A stretch of DNA of 64,000 nt, taken from positions 54,004,001-54,068,000 of the forward strand of contig NC_086097.1 in the NCBI RefSeq assembly GCF_963921235.1. Direction: 5' to 3'. The notes below the pieces were generated by a model that worked only from the letters and a program-made list of their open reading frames with translations, did no database searches and was not told the origin of the DNA. The DNA comes from Mobula hypostoma. Taxonomy: Eukaryota. Positions 12,360 through 25,545 of the stretch are shown here, one piece after another. The translations under genes and the position numbers were made by a program. Every line of letters starts with the position of its first letter. The first letter of the stretch is position 1.

Positions 12360-14042
12360 CAGTGCCTATAAAAAGTATTCACCCCCTTGGAAACTTTCAT
12401 GTATTATTGTTTTACAGAATTGAATCACAGTGGATTTAATTTGGCTTTTTTTAAAAACTCTGATCAACAAAAAATTCTCTTTCATGTCAAAGTGAAAACA
12501 AATTTCTGTAAATTGGTTTAAATTTATTACAAAATTAAACACTAAATAATTCATTGCACAAGTCACCCCCCCCCCCACCATTTCCCATTCCCCTTTTCCC
12601 TCTCACATGTTATCTCCTTGCCTGCCCATCACCTCCCTCTGGTGCTCTTCCCTCCCCCTTTTTTCTTTCTTCCATGGCCTTCTGTCTCTTTCACTAATCA
12701 ACTGCCTAGCTCTTTGTTTCATCCCCCCACCACTTCCAAGTTTCACCTATCACCTGGCATTTCTCTCTCCCCTCCACCCACCTTCCAAATCTACTCCTCC
12801 ATTTTTTTCCCCTCCAGTCCTGCCAAAGGGTTCAGCCCAAAATGTCAACTGTGCTTTTTCTCCCCCATAGATTCTGCCTGATCTGCTGAGTACCTCCAGC
12901 ATTTTGTGTGTGTTGCTTGGATTACCAGCATCTGTAGATTTTCTCTTGTTTGTGATTTGATTGCATAAGTATTCACCTCCTTCAAGTCAGTATTTAGTAG
13001 ATGCATCTTTGGCAGCAATTACAGCCTGGAGTCAGTGTGGATGGGCCTCTATCAGCTCAGCACATCTAAACACTGCAATTTTTCCTCATTCTTTAAAACA
13101 ACCACTCAAGCTGTCAGATTGCACGGGGATCATGAGTGAACAGCCCTTTTCAAGTCAAGCCACAATTTCTCAATTGGATTGAGGTCTGGACTCCAACTTG
13201 GCAACTCCAGGACATTAACCTTGTTGTTTTTAAACCTTTCCTGTGTAGTTTTAGCTACATTCTTGGGGATTGTCTTGCTGGAAAACAAATCTTCTCCCAA
13301 GTCACAGTTCTCTTGCAGACCGCATCAGGATTCCCCTGTATTTTGCTGCATTAATTTTACCTACTACCTTTACAAGCCCTCCAGAGCCTGCTGCAGTCTC
13401 TCCCATCTCAGCCACTGAAGCTTGAATCTCTTCCAGAGTTGTATAGGTCTCTTGATGGCCTCCCTCACTAGTCCCCTTCTTGCGCAGTCACTCAGCTTTT
13501 AAGGACAGCCTGCTCTGGGCAGATTTACAGCTGCACCATATTCTTTCCATTTCTTGATGATTGACTTAACTGTACTCCAAGGGATACTCAGTGATTTGGA
13601 AAATTTTCTTGTATCCCTCTCCTGACTTGTGCTTTTCAATAACTACTTTGCAGAGTTGCTTGAAGTGTTCTTTTGTCAGGATACTGACTCACCAGCAGCT
13701 GGATTCCACCTACAGGTGTATTTTTACTGCAATCAATTGAAACACCTTGACTGCACACAGGTGATCTCCAGTTAACTCATTATGTGACTTCTAGAACCAA
13801 TTGGCTGCACCAGTGATGATTTGGTGTGTCATATTGAAGGGGGGGGGGGTGGTGAATACTTATGCAATCAATTATTTTGTGTTTTATATTTGTAATTGAT
13901 TTAGATAACTTTGTAGAGATCTATTTTCACTTTAACATGAAAGAGTCTTTTTCTTGACCAGTGTCAAAAAAACTAAATCAAATCTACTGTGATTCAATGT
14001 CATGAAAACATCCGGGGTAATGAATACTTTTTATAGACACTG
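12360..14042 (-). mobile_element. Internally deleted Tc1-like element with long (~200 bp) terminal inverted repeats
   Basis: TA|cagtgcctataaaaagtattcaccc ... gaatactttttatagacactg|TA. The inverted similarity extends through gaatcacagtggattt and tttcatgtcaaagtgaaaa. Transposase-like remnants on the minus strand. Confidence 0.8.
12564..12959 (+). mobile_element. Penelope-like 3' fragment inserted in the Tc1 TIR
   Basis: Pyrimidine-rich UTR and hammerhead-like motif at 12815-12851. Probable TSD attgcacaagt (12553-12563) / attgcataagt (12960-12970). Confidence 0.75.
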
Positions 14043-14611
14043 TATGTTAAACTTGCTCATCTTTATATCAAAGTCTAAATTAAAGCAAAAAATCCTGGAA
14101 ATGCTCAACAGGTCTCAATGTGTAGAATTCAGAAAAAGAGTTTCTGATCAAATATTCTGGAATTATAAACTGGATTAAATTTATTATCACTGACATGTAT
14201 GATGTGAAATTTGTCGTTCTGTGGCAGCTACAACATCAAATTCCAAAGCTTTCCTTTTGATTTCATATTTACAGCATCTGTGGAATTTTGCTTTTGAATT
14301 TATACTCCATAGTTATAAATGTCTTATCTTTTAAAACTTTTTAATATAATCTAATTATATTACACTTAAGTGACATTTGAACATTGTCTACTAAAATCTT
14401 GGGTTATTTCCTCATTCTCAGTTTTTCATTTTTTAAATAGTTTCAGATCATGATCCAAGCTGTATATCAAAGATGACCTCACCAGAGAATATGGTAGATT
14501 CGTGGTTAGTGTGATGCTATTATTCTTCAGGGTGTTTCATTCCTCTGCTGGCTGTAAGGAGTTTGCACGTTCTCATCAGGCCAGAAGGGCCTATTCTGTG
14601 TTGTAGTCCTA

Positions 14612-15900
14612 AAGTTCAAAGTTCAAAATACAACCCTGAGATTCATCTTTCAGGCATACGCAATAAACCCATAATAGATAATAACCATAATCAGATTGAT
14701 GAAAGACCACACCAACTTAAGATTTCAATCAGTGTGCAAAAGACAACAAACTGCAAATCCAAAAAGAACAAAATAATAAATAATCAATAAATATTGAGAA
14801 AATGAGATGATGAATCTTTGAAAATGAGTTCATAGGATGTGGGTGCATTTTAACGATGGGACAAGTGAAGTTGAGTGAAGTTTTCCTCTTTGGTTCAAGA
14901 GCCTGATGGTTGAGGGATAGTAACTGTTCCAGAAACTGGTGGTGTGAGTCCTGAGTCTCCTGTACCTTCTTCTTGATGGCAGCAACAAGAAGAGAGCATG
15001 ACCTGGATGGTGGGGATCTCTGATGATGGATGCTGCTTTCCTGCAACATGTAGATGTGCTCAGTGGTGGAGAGGGCTTTACCCGTGATGGACTGAGCCTT
15101 ATCTACTACTTTTTGTAGGATTTTCTGTTCAAGGGCATTGGTGTTTCCATACCAGGCTGTGATGCAGCCAGTTGATATACTTTCCACCGCACATTTATAG
15201 AAGTTTGCCAAAGATTAGATGTCATGCCAAATCTTCTCAAACTCCTATTGAAGTAGAGGCACCACTGACCTTTCTTCATAATTGCACTTACGTGCTGGGT
15301 GCAGAGGAGGTCCTCCGAAATAGTAACACCTAGGAATTTAAAATTGCTGACCCTCTCCATCTCTGATCTCCAGTGCGGACTGATTCATATACCTCTGGTT
15401 TCCTTCTCCTGAAGTCAATAATCAACAATGGCCTTACTGACCATGAATAAGAGGTTGTTGTTATTTCACCACTCAGCAAGATTTTCCATCTCCCTCCCCT
15501 ATGCTGATTCATCACCACCTTTGATTCGGCCTACGACCAAATTGAATATGGCATTGGAGCTGTGCTCAGCCACACAGTCATTAGTGTACTTAGCCTCACA
15601 GTCACACATAAAAAGTGAGTAGGGCAGGGGGCTAAACACACAGCCTTGTGGCGCACCTGTGCTGATGGAGATTGTGGAGGAGACGTTGTTGCCAATCTGA
15701 ACTGACTGGGGTCTGCAAGAGAGAAAATCAAAGATCCAGTTGTACAAGGAGGTATTGAGGCCAAGGTCTTGGAGATAATTAATTAGTTTTGAGGATTTGA
15801 TGGTTTTGAATGCTGAGGTGTAGTCGATAAAGAGCATCCTGATATATGCATCTTTGCTATCCAGATGTTCAGGATTGACTGAAGCGTCAATGAGCTGGAA
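14612..15900 (-). mobile_element. Degraded Rex1/Babar-type element
   Basis: Minus-strand [39 protein letters not shown] in shifted frames. Confidence 0.85.
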
Positions 15901-17149
15901 TCAGCTGCGGCATCTAACAGCAGGTGTTAAATAACAACTAACTAACTAAGTAAATAAATAAATAGATAGATAGATAAATGTAGTATCTCTAATTGATCTG
16001 TTATCCCAAGTTATCTGTTTGCTGAATCACCATTGTTCAAAAGTACCATTATTTGCTGTTCTTATCAAAAAATAATCATTTTTTTCTAGGATATTTGCTG
16101 AGCGAATGCTGAGATTGTGTGGAATATTGGAAGAACTTTGTGGAAATTCTCTACTGAGCTTAAAAGTCGAGTTCACATTCCAAGCATTCTTGACTCTTTC
16201 TGAATGTGGCCCACTGGAACAATTGTTGGCTGCCCTCTCAATGAACAAGATAGCATTCTTTCTCATTCTTCAAAGAAAGGTTACATGAATGATCATATGT
16301 CAAACAAGTTCTGGCATCTACAGGGATTTACAAATACTTATTATAATTAATAAATGAAATACAAAGATATCTCACAGTAGATAAAGAAACTGCCTACATG
16401 AACAGGTTTGATGGACTATTTGTTTCCTCCTGCTTGGAATATGCTGTGCCATATAATGCTGGTTATTCTCAATGGTTTCAAATGGAACTGCTGACACACA
16501 GCCATTTAAACTGAACATCTGCACATATGCTAACAAATGTCTGGGATTTACTGGAAAACTCAAAAGGCCAAATCTGTCAAAGTACAATAGCAGATCCTTC
16601 CATGCTGGGAACTAAACTGGGGAAATTATCTTTCAAATCCTTCAGTCAGATCTGCTGCAGACCCAAGACCCCACTGATTTCAATGGAGATTGCATGGCAG
16701 AAGATAAGGAGTCAAAGTGTTTTAAGTACCAGTACTTGAAATCAAAGTATTTTAATTATTTAGCTTCACTTTAATCTTTTTGTTTACTTTTAAGTGTTTA
16801 GGCTTTTAAAAATTATATGCTCATCAGTTTTAATAAATATATTTCTTTGAACATCAGACATCAGAAAATTATAAAAATAAATGGCATATTTTACAGCCAA
16901 CAAACCGTATCATGGCATTGCTGAGAGTTAAGGCCCTTTGGGAGGTTTCAGGACTCTCAAACTTAGACCACATTACCGGAGAGGCCTCTGAGGATGCCCC
17001 TCTGTAGCCAGCCCACGCAGCTGCATGTAGCTCCGGGCTGTGAGTCTGAATAGAGTTCCAGGCTACTAAAATCTAGATGTGAGCCTAATTGAGTATTTTA
17101 TAAAAATGCTGAAGTGCAGCTAATTATGCAGTAGTGATAATAAATTTAT

Positions 17150-17700
17150 CCATTCTGGGCATTAAAGACAAAGACATTGAGTAGAAAAGCAAAGGAAGTC
17201 ATTTTGAACATTTCGAACCATTGGTTTGTTCTCAACTGATAGACTTGATCCAGTTCTGGGAACCACATTCAAGGCAAGATTTGAATACCTTGGTGGAAGA
17301 TATAGAAGAGGATTACTGGAATGTTTCTCTGGTTAAAGGATTTTAGTTACTTAGATAGACTAGGGCTATTCTTGTAGCATTTAGATCCTTCCTTAAATAC
17401 CTATAAGACTGTCAATATAGAGTAGATATTTAATGAAGGATCGAGACAGAGTAGGGAAAGAGAAAATATTCCTACTGATGGATGAGGACATGGAAAGGCA
17501 GCAGTTAGAAAAAGAATGAAAAATGATATGTTGAAGCCTTTTGTATGTCATGTGGTTAGGTCTGGAATGGCCTGCCTTTGGAGCAGTAGAAGCAGATTCA
17601 GTCATAACACTTTAAAGGGAACTGAATGAAAGGGAAAAAATGCTCAATTCAAGCTCTTGCATATATTTGTCCTGGACTCAATGTGCTGACTGGCCTCTTT
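17150..17700 (+). mobile_element. Highly degraded CR1 3' fragment
   Basis: Remnants attgagtagaaaagc, ccagttctggg, tctggaatggcctgcct. Confidence 0.55.
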
Positions 17701-19499
17701 CACCATTAAATCTTTCCAGAAGAAATGTTTTATTAAGAGAGACAAATCATATTTATTTTAAAGATGCAGCAGTATTTTAGATGTTAAGTAACATGATTTA
17801 AAGGAACACTCTGAAAGCATTTTTCACCAATTTCTTTTTCATATGGAGCCACATCATGGCTGCTTCATACTTGCAACAGTAATAGGCCTTGACATAAACT
17901 GTGCTATTACGTTTCAGATAAGTGAAAAGAAGGGCTTTTCCTCTTTCAGGTTTAGACTTGCAGTATTTTGACTTCCATTTGTTTTGATGTAACTCTCGGG
18001 GAAATTTAAAAACTAAATGGACCTTAGAGTACAATACTTTCAATAAAGTTGACATAAAAGAGGCTTCAAATTCACGTGAAACTGGAAGTAGGAATATTCC
18101 ACCCGGTGCAGGTATGTAATCAATTATGAAATATGCATTTACTAAATTTCAGCAATTGTCTTACATTCATAAAGAAATTTAATTATAATTACAGGTTAGG
18201 ATAGGAGACAAGAAAATGTATTTTTAATAATATTTAGTGGATAATGAGATTGTTCAGTGTTTCTATGATTCAGATTTTGTAATCGTAATAACCATGGAAC
18301 TCCGGAGTTCATCATCTTTACCCCATGAAATCAACAAGTCCAAAGTATCTCTGCATTTATGGTTTTGTGCATAAGTCTGAAATTGGTGACAGTATTTCAA
18401 TATAACTCTGCAACCTGCATAGATGATACTCAGAGATTAATGAGAAAATATAAGTTTAAATTGATTACAAAGGTAACGCTGAAGGTTTTGCTCCAGGTTT
18501 GAGGAGATGCAAGGAATGTTTTTGAATACTAGAAAAGAATTTAATGCCAGGCTTATTCACATATAATGCTTTTAAAAAATTATTTTGAGTTAACTTAGAA
18601 ACACATCGGAATTTCTTCCAAATGGCTCATTAAATTAAAAAGATTTTTTAAAGTTTTACAAGTCTTTTCTAAAATCTCTTCCATGGCTTCCTAATGTAGA
18701 TATTTTAAAGTTTACTGAAATACTCTGAATGTTTAAAATTTTGAGCTGCCTCAACACTGCTTATTTCCCCTAACAGCTAACAGCATTATCTTGTCTGTTT
18801 AGTTCAGATTTTGCAGCCAGGGCTCACACCATGAATTAGAGATAGGGCAGGAACTCTGATAGGATTTACACCTAACTCTGTATTTTGCAACTGACTGAAT
18901 TCAGCAATATCTATTAATACTGTCTATTTTAAAAGAGTTCCTACAAACTACAACAAACCCAAGTTTACGACCAAAACTGCACTAATTTCTCCTGACAAAA
19001 GTAAGGTGACTTCTCCAGCAAAATGTGGAGGGTGGATGAAAGTTGTATATTTCAAGATGATTCCTTCTCCAGCATGTTGCAGTGAGTGGGAGGATAGTTT
19101 CATCTTACTGCTATACATTAAAGCAATTCCGATATCGAGAAGTATTTCAGTCTTAAGCTACGGTTGACAGAAGAACTACCTAATCAAAATCTATCCTTTT
19201 CAGGAAATGTGGCAGTAAAATATGCAGGCAATAGCAAGGCTTGTTGATTCATTTGGCATACTACTGCTATATTAATGAAAATGTACAAATGAACTAGTAA
19301 TGACTAAAATGAGCCCAAAAATGCATTTTGTGATATTTCATTCCTAATGTTGTTGCTCTAATTATTAGTACTAATTGTTTAAGGAAAAAGCCAGAATTTA
19401 AACATTAGGTCTGAATATTAAAACAGAAGGAACCCAACATATTTGGGTCTGTTTATTAAAATATATATTTGACATATATCTAGTCAAAAATATTTTTTT

Positions 19500-20590
19500 C
19501 TATTATTATAAATTGCATTGTACAGCTGCAGCAAAGACAACAAATTTCACAATTATATGTCAGTGATATTAAACCAGATTCTGATTCTGATTCTGAAAAT
19601 ATGTGTGGAAGCTTCGCTAATTTGGAAAAGTCTTTGTACAAGGTTCAAAGTAAATTTATTATCAAAGTACATACATGTCACCTTATCCAACCAAAATACA
19701 ACCATATTTTCTTGTTGGCATTCACAGTAAATACAAAGAAACACAATAGTATCAGTAACAAAAATGCACTCAACCCTGGAACATCTGGACAGCACAGATG
19801 CATGCCTCAGGATGCTCTTTATTGACTACAGCTCAGCATTCAGTACCACCATCCCTTCAAGACTAATCAATAAGTTCCAAGACCTTGGCATCGTGTCTCC
19901 TTGTGCAATTGGATCCTGGATTTCCTCAATGCAGACCCCATTCCGTTCAGATTGATACATCTCTTCCATGATCTCCATCAGCACAAGTGCACCACAAGGC
20001 TGTGTGATTAGTCCCCTTCTCTACTAGCTTTACACTGTGTGGCTAAGCAAAGCTCCAAAGCCATATTTAAGTTGGCTGATGACAGCACTGTCATAAGGCA
20101 GAATCAAAGGTGGGGATGAACCAGCATAAAGGAGGGAGACTGAAAATCTGGCTGAGTGGTGTCACAACAACAACCTCTTATTCAATGTCAGCAAGACCAA
20201 AGAGCAGATTATTGACTTCAGGAGAAGTCCATGAATCAGTCCACACTGGAGGATCAGAGGTGGGGAGGAACAGCAACTTTGAATTCCTAGGTGCTATTAT
20301 TTCGGAGGACCTCTTCTGGGTCCAGCAAGTAAGTGCAATTATGAAGAAGGCACAGCAATGCCTCTACTTTATTAGGATTTTGTGGAAACTTGGCATGATA
20401 TCTAAAACTTTAACAAACTTTTATAGATGTGTATTGGAGAGTTTATTACTGGCGGCATCATAGCCTGGTATGGAAACAGCAATGCCCTTGAACAGAAAAT
20501 CCTACAGCAGTAGTAGATACGGCCCAGTATATCCTGGTTAAATGCATTCACTGTAGGACAAAGAAATACAATAGAATCAATGAAAAACTA
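19500..20590 (+). mobile_element. Cluster of Rex1/Babar fragments and tails (main piece 19780-20540 on +)
   Basis: RMLFIDYSSAFSTTIP, NFEFLG, KKAQQCLYF; (gattct)n tail at ~19577-19595. Confidence 0.75.
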
Positions 20591-21675
20591 CTGCTTTTTT
20601 GCCCTAATTGTGTAGACTGTTGAGCATTCTGTAAGGAATATTATTGCCCTGATTTACATTACTATTTTTATCTCATTAACTTCTTCCCTCAATCATACCA
20701 CTGCTTTGACATTCTGATATTGGAACCAACAGAACCCAGCTTGTTCTCAAATTATGAAAACAGTCTAGAGTTCAACTGGTATTATACGGTGCGTTACATT
20801 GGTAGTTCCTGGATACCAACAACATCTCTAGTCATAACAATGAAGACTGAATTCTTGTCTTAGAATTTTTTGAAGAGATTTTAATAGCCTGCATACCCTA
20901 TCCATGTCCCTCATCTTTTGTGGAACAGGATGATGCCAGAGTTAAAGGCACAGAGGAGGATTTACCATTCCATGCCGCATCACCTTATCTGGAAACTTAC
21001 TCTCAGCATCTGAGGTGGCCAATTGAAACAGCTGGGAATCCCATTATCACATACAAACCAGGGTCTTTAAAGCCCAATGCAATTTTAATAGAGGAAAGTG
21101 CTGTCAAGCACTTGATCTCTGGAGGCCATTAGCAATGTAGTCTGAGTATGGAGGATTCTTGTATGCACCATACCCTGAAGAACATTAGTGTACCTGCAGG
21201 ATTTTTATAACATTGTAGTGGTTTTCATGATTACTTTGTTGTATAAGAGGACACCAACTTTAAACCACAATAAAAAGGTTCAAGCTCCGAATTTTTTCAT
21301 ATGGAGGGTTCTGAAATTGCAGTCACTACATGATCCAAGCTTACCCTTAAGATGTGGAATTAACTACTCTCCGAAATGGAATTCTGGCCACCCTTCATTT
21401 TTCAGCCCCTTTGCGTCTGGTCTCAATTCACTTTAAGAATGATTTCCAAGTCAGATTCCCACCAGGAGCAGAGTTCAGTAAAAGAAAAGGCAGAGCTGAG
21501 GAGAGTAGAGGCTACGTCTGGGCAGTTACAAGGCAAAACATGGCATTCACATTACCCAAGGGAAAAGCTCTGTCAATGGAGCAGTAGCTCACTCCAGTAC
21601 TCACGTCAGCAAAATAAGAGACTGGCAGGTGATACTATAAATCATGAGGGGCATAGATAGGGTGAATGCACACAA

Positions 21676-22475
21676 TATTGGTCTAATCTCAAATAATAAC
21701 AAGGCAGCCTACAGAAAAGAAGTCATCACCCTGACACCCCGGTCTCAAGAAAACAACCTCTCCCTCAATGTTGCAAAAACAAACGAACTGTTTGTGGACT
21801 ACAGGAGGAATGGAGACAGACTAACTCCTATAGACATCAATGGATCTGGAGTTGAGAGGATGAACAGCTTTAAGTTCCTTGGCATCCACATCACTGAGGA
21901 TCTCACGTGGTCTGTACATACCGGCCATGTGGTGAAAAAAGCACAACAGCTCCTCGTTCATCTCAGACAGTTGAAGACTTTTGGTATGGGTCCCCAGATC
22001 CTAAGGACATTCTACAGGGGTATAGTTGAGAGCACCTTGACTGGTTGCAACACTGCCTGGTACGGGAACTGTACTTCCCTCAATCGCAGGACTCTGCAGA
22101 GAGTGGTGCGGACAGCCCAGCGCATCTGTAGATGTGAACTTCCCACTATTCAGGACATTTACAGAGACAGATGTGTAAAGAAAGGCCCGAAGGATCACTG
22201 GGGACCCGTGTCACCCCAAACACAAACTGTTCCAGCTGCTACCATCCAGGAAACTGTTCCACAGCATAAAAGCCAGGACCAACAGGCTCCGGGACAGCTT
22301 CTTCCACCAGACTGATTAATCCACGCTGATACAATTGTATTTATCTGTTATATTGACTGTCCTGTTGTACACACTATTTATTACAAATTGCACATTACAC
22401 ATTTAAACAGAGACATAACCTAAAGAGTTCTACTCCTCATGTCTGTGAAGGATGTAAGTAATAAAGTCAATTCAA
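21676..22475 (+). mobile_element. Rex1/Babar 3' fragment inserted in an old CR1 tail (flanks 21620-21675 and 22480-22690)
   Basis: ORF 21644..22315: NNLSLNVAKT, SFKFLGIHI, KKAQQLL, LQRVVRTAQRI; aataaagtcaattcaa tail. Confidence 0.85.
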
Positions 22476-23461
22476 TATTATTCACAGGAAAGAAAACCAA
22501 AATCTAGAAGGCACGGGGTTAAGATGAGAGAAGAAAGGTATCAAAGGGATCTGGGGGCAACTTCATACAGACAGTGGTGTGTATATGGAAGAAGTTGTCA
22601 GAGAAAGGAGTTGAAGTAGATTGATAACCACATTTACAAGTCATTTGAATAAGAACATGGATAAGAAAGGCTTAAATGGATATGATCTTAGATGGATATG
22701 TGCATTTGCACCATTTGTTGTCCTCTCACAAGAAAATGAATCTCAGGGGTGTATACGATGGCAGGTATGTACTTTGCTAATAAAATTTACTTTAAATCAA
22801 AGACAGGAGAATGCGACTAGCTTAGGTGGGCACTTTGGTTGGCATGGGTGAGTTGAGTCAATGCTGAAGTACTCTAAGAATCTTCCTCTGAAAGCAACCC
22901 AGAAGTATAAATGAATGTTAAGCATGTATTAAGACTTGAAGCTTTAAGGACTCAATAAAAGTGTCTTTTTCCTATTTTTCTTTAATGCAGATAATGATCT
23001 CTTTAAGCATTAATGACAAGCATTGAACAACTTGCATTGCCCCGATTTCTGAGTGTAAAAGAGAAGTTTGCATCTTCCATGCCCCTTTCAATATACCCCA
23101 AAGTTACAGATAATGAATAATTAAAATATAGACTCTGTTATAATGTAACAAATAAGACAGCTAATTTGTGCACCCTCACAGTGTTGATACAGAAATAATT
23201 ATTGGCCCAGGTATCGGGCATAATTGTCCTGCTCTTCTCTGCAGAAACTTGTGTCCTCATGACAGTATTTATGGGTTCTTGGTTTAATAGCTCTGTTTAA
23301 AGACAGAACACCGTCTGCCTAGTCGTATTTCCAATTTTCAAACATTATCTTGTCATTCATGTACAAGCCAACATGTCCATGAGATGGCAAGAACCTGAAA
23401 CACCAGGGATACCCAGCTGGTCATAGGGAGAATCTTCAAGCTTCCCAAGAGGGAGCACCAG

Positions 23462-23707
23462 TATTATGTTTTGTAACTCCAAGACATAAAACTAATTGAA
23501 AGAAAATTACAGAGCCAGGAATAATGTGTCCTTAGGTTTCGTTCCTCCAGCAAGCCACGCACCTGTGACGTGGTGACATAATGACATATGCCATGCACGT
23601 ACTTTAACATATAACGTGTAATGAATTATGTAAACAACACATAATGCTAAATCAAAAATACATTCACAATGTTACACAAATATTACTGAAATATTAAATA
23701 CACAACA
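23462..23707 (-). repeat. Gypsy 3' LTR
   Basis: tattatg...aaatacacaaca, homologous to 32756-33006; abuts the PPT at 23708-23716. Confidence 0.88.
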
Positions 23708-25106
23708 CTCCTCCCTACTTAGCTATAAAACTTCTATATATATAAATAGATAGGTAGTATATTATATAATACAACTACTATATAGGCATCCACAGCATGG
23801 TAAATTTTAAATCGTCCCATTCAGGCCTGAAAATTTAATCGCACTGGAGAATTTCTTACTCTTGTGGGATAACGTCTTTCCTGACGGTGGGAAGGGGGTC
23901 AGGGTCACTCAGCTTAGCAGGAGATACTTGTGGCTGTGAAAAAAATCTCAGATTCTGGGGCCTCTTCCATGGTGGTTGTAGGAGTTGACTCTGGTATAAC
24001 AGGAAATGGTTCTGACATCTTTGGATAGATTTCTTCTCTAATAATTGACTCTACTCTGCTCAACTGATCTATATAGTGTCTCCAGATAACATCAGACACA
24101 ATCTTCACTGTGTAGGAGAGTGGTTCAGTTCTGTCCTCAATCTTTCTAAGTACCCACTTTTAATCACCTCTGTAGTCCCTCGCCAGAACTGCTTGTTCAG
24201 GAGTGAAACATGGAACCTCTTTGTTTGAGGAGTCCTCAATTTGTCTCAGCTGTTTGTCCCGCATTTTCCTTCTGAGATTGGGTTTGAGCAGATCCAAGCG
24301 TGAGCTGAAGAGACAACCCAGGAACAGCATGGCTGGTGAGATGTTGGTTATGGAGTGTGCTGCAGTGCAAATGCAAGAAGGAAGTTAGTAAGCTGCTGAC
24401 TCAGTGTCAGTGTAATGTAGCCTGCAGACATTGCTCGCAGTGTGCTCTTTAGACTCTCCCTCTCGCCCCCTCTCCTCCTCCCCCCAAGCCATTCGGAGCT
24501 GGGTGGGGTGGTGCAGATGTAATATGTCATATTCCATTCATTTTCAGGAAAGACTGAAGTGTTACACCACAAAGTGTGGTCCATTGTCACTGACTAAGTA
24601 TACTGGAACACCAGTCCCTGAGAGAGGATTCTCAACACATCAACAATGTGCAAGACTGTACTGGAGACAGTTGCGAGCACTTCTGGCCATTTTGTAGCTG
24701 AATCCACCAACAACTTAGTGCCCATGAATGGTCTGGCAAAATCCACATGAATTCTCCGCCCAGAAAATGCAGGCTATTCTCAGGGATGGAGAGAAGCTGC
24801 TCTTGGCATCTTGACATCCCAAACAGTGCCTGACAAGATGCTTCATCTGCTGATCTATTCCAGGCCATGAGCCAATGCTTCCAGCCAGCACTTTCATTTA
24901 GACCTCGCCTAGATGACTGGCATGTAGCTCTTAAAACACTTCAGCTCTCAGCTTGGATGGCACAACAACTCTCAATCCCCAGGTAAGGCAACCCCTGTCA
25001 AAGACAAGTTCATCCCAGTGTTGGCAGAAATGGGGGAGCTGGCATTTCTGCTGCTCATTCCAGCCATTGTGGACGGCTGTGCAGTCATTTATTTATTTGT
25101 TGAGAT

Positions 25107-25545
25107 CAGTCAGTGGGTGCCGTCCAGAATCCAGGGTTGGCAGCTATGCACCTCCATCTTCTTCGATCTTGCGACAGCACTGAGTACAGCCTCTCCTCCA
25201 GTTTCTTCTTGCTGGCCACCTTGGCACTGCCCGCCGCTGCCCCCGCCGAACTCGAGCCCGAGGCCGTGTCGGCCTCCAGCCACGACCACTTCTTCGAGCT
25301 CGGCCCTTCCTTAGGCGGCGGCCTTGGGCAGGTCCAGGCACACGGTGCAGCGCCCAGGTTCATCATGTCTCTTCTAACTAAGTGCATAACATACGATTCG
25401 TAGATACGTGGTGAGGCTTTAGTCTCTTCCACGGAAGATGGCCGTCGGCTCACAAGGAGCTCATCCACCCTTTATCAGGTCTTGTTTCTTTTTAGTCCTG
25501 CTGAGTGTCCTCACACCCTCCTCACCAGACTAAGTCCGGTGGGGG
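25107..25545 (-). mobile_element. Short non-autonomous RTE-derived element
   Basis: 11-bp TSD tttgttgagat (25096-25106, 25546-25556). RTE-like C-terminus VRRDMMNLG...QDRRRWRCIAANP and actgactg tail on the minus strand. Confidence 0.65.
25174..25351 (-). pseudogene. CYHR1: Circularly permuted fragment of CYHR1/ZFTRAF1-like coding sequence
   Basis: Encodes [10 protein letters not shown] at its 3' end and [11 protein letters not shown] at its 5' end. Joined, they give [21 protein letters not shown], which I recall as the CYHR1 N-terminal motif. Strongly GC/CpG-rich relative to the surroundings. Confidence 0.8.

Noticed and set aside
25106..25468. 120-aa GC-rich ORF as a genuine gene or CYHR1 exon
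   Set aside because: It lies within TSD-bounded nested repeats, the motif order is permuted, no splice signals flank it, and it shows CpG decay.
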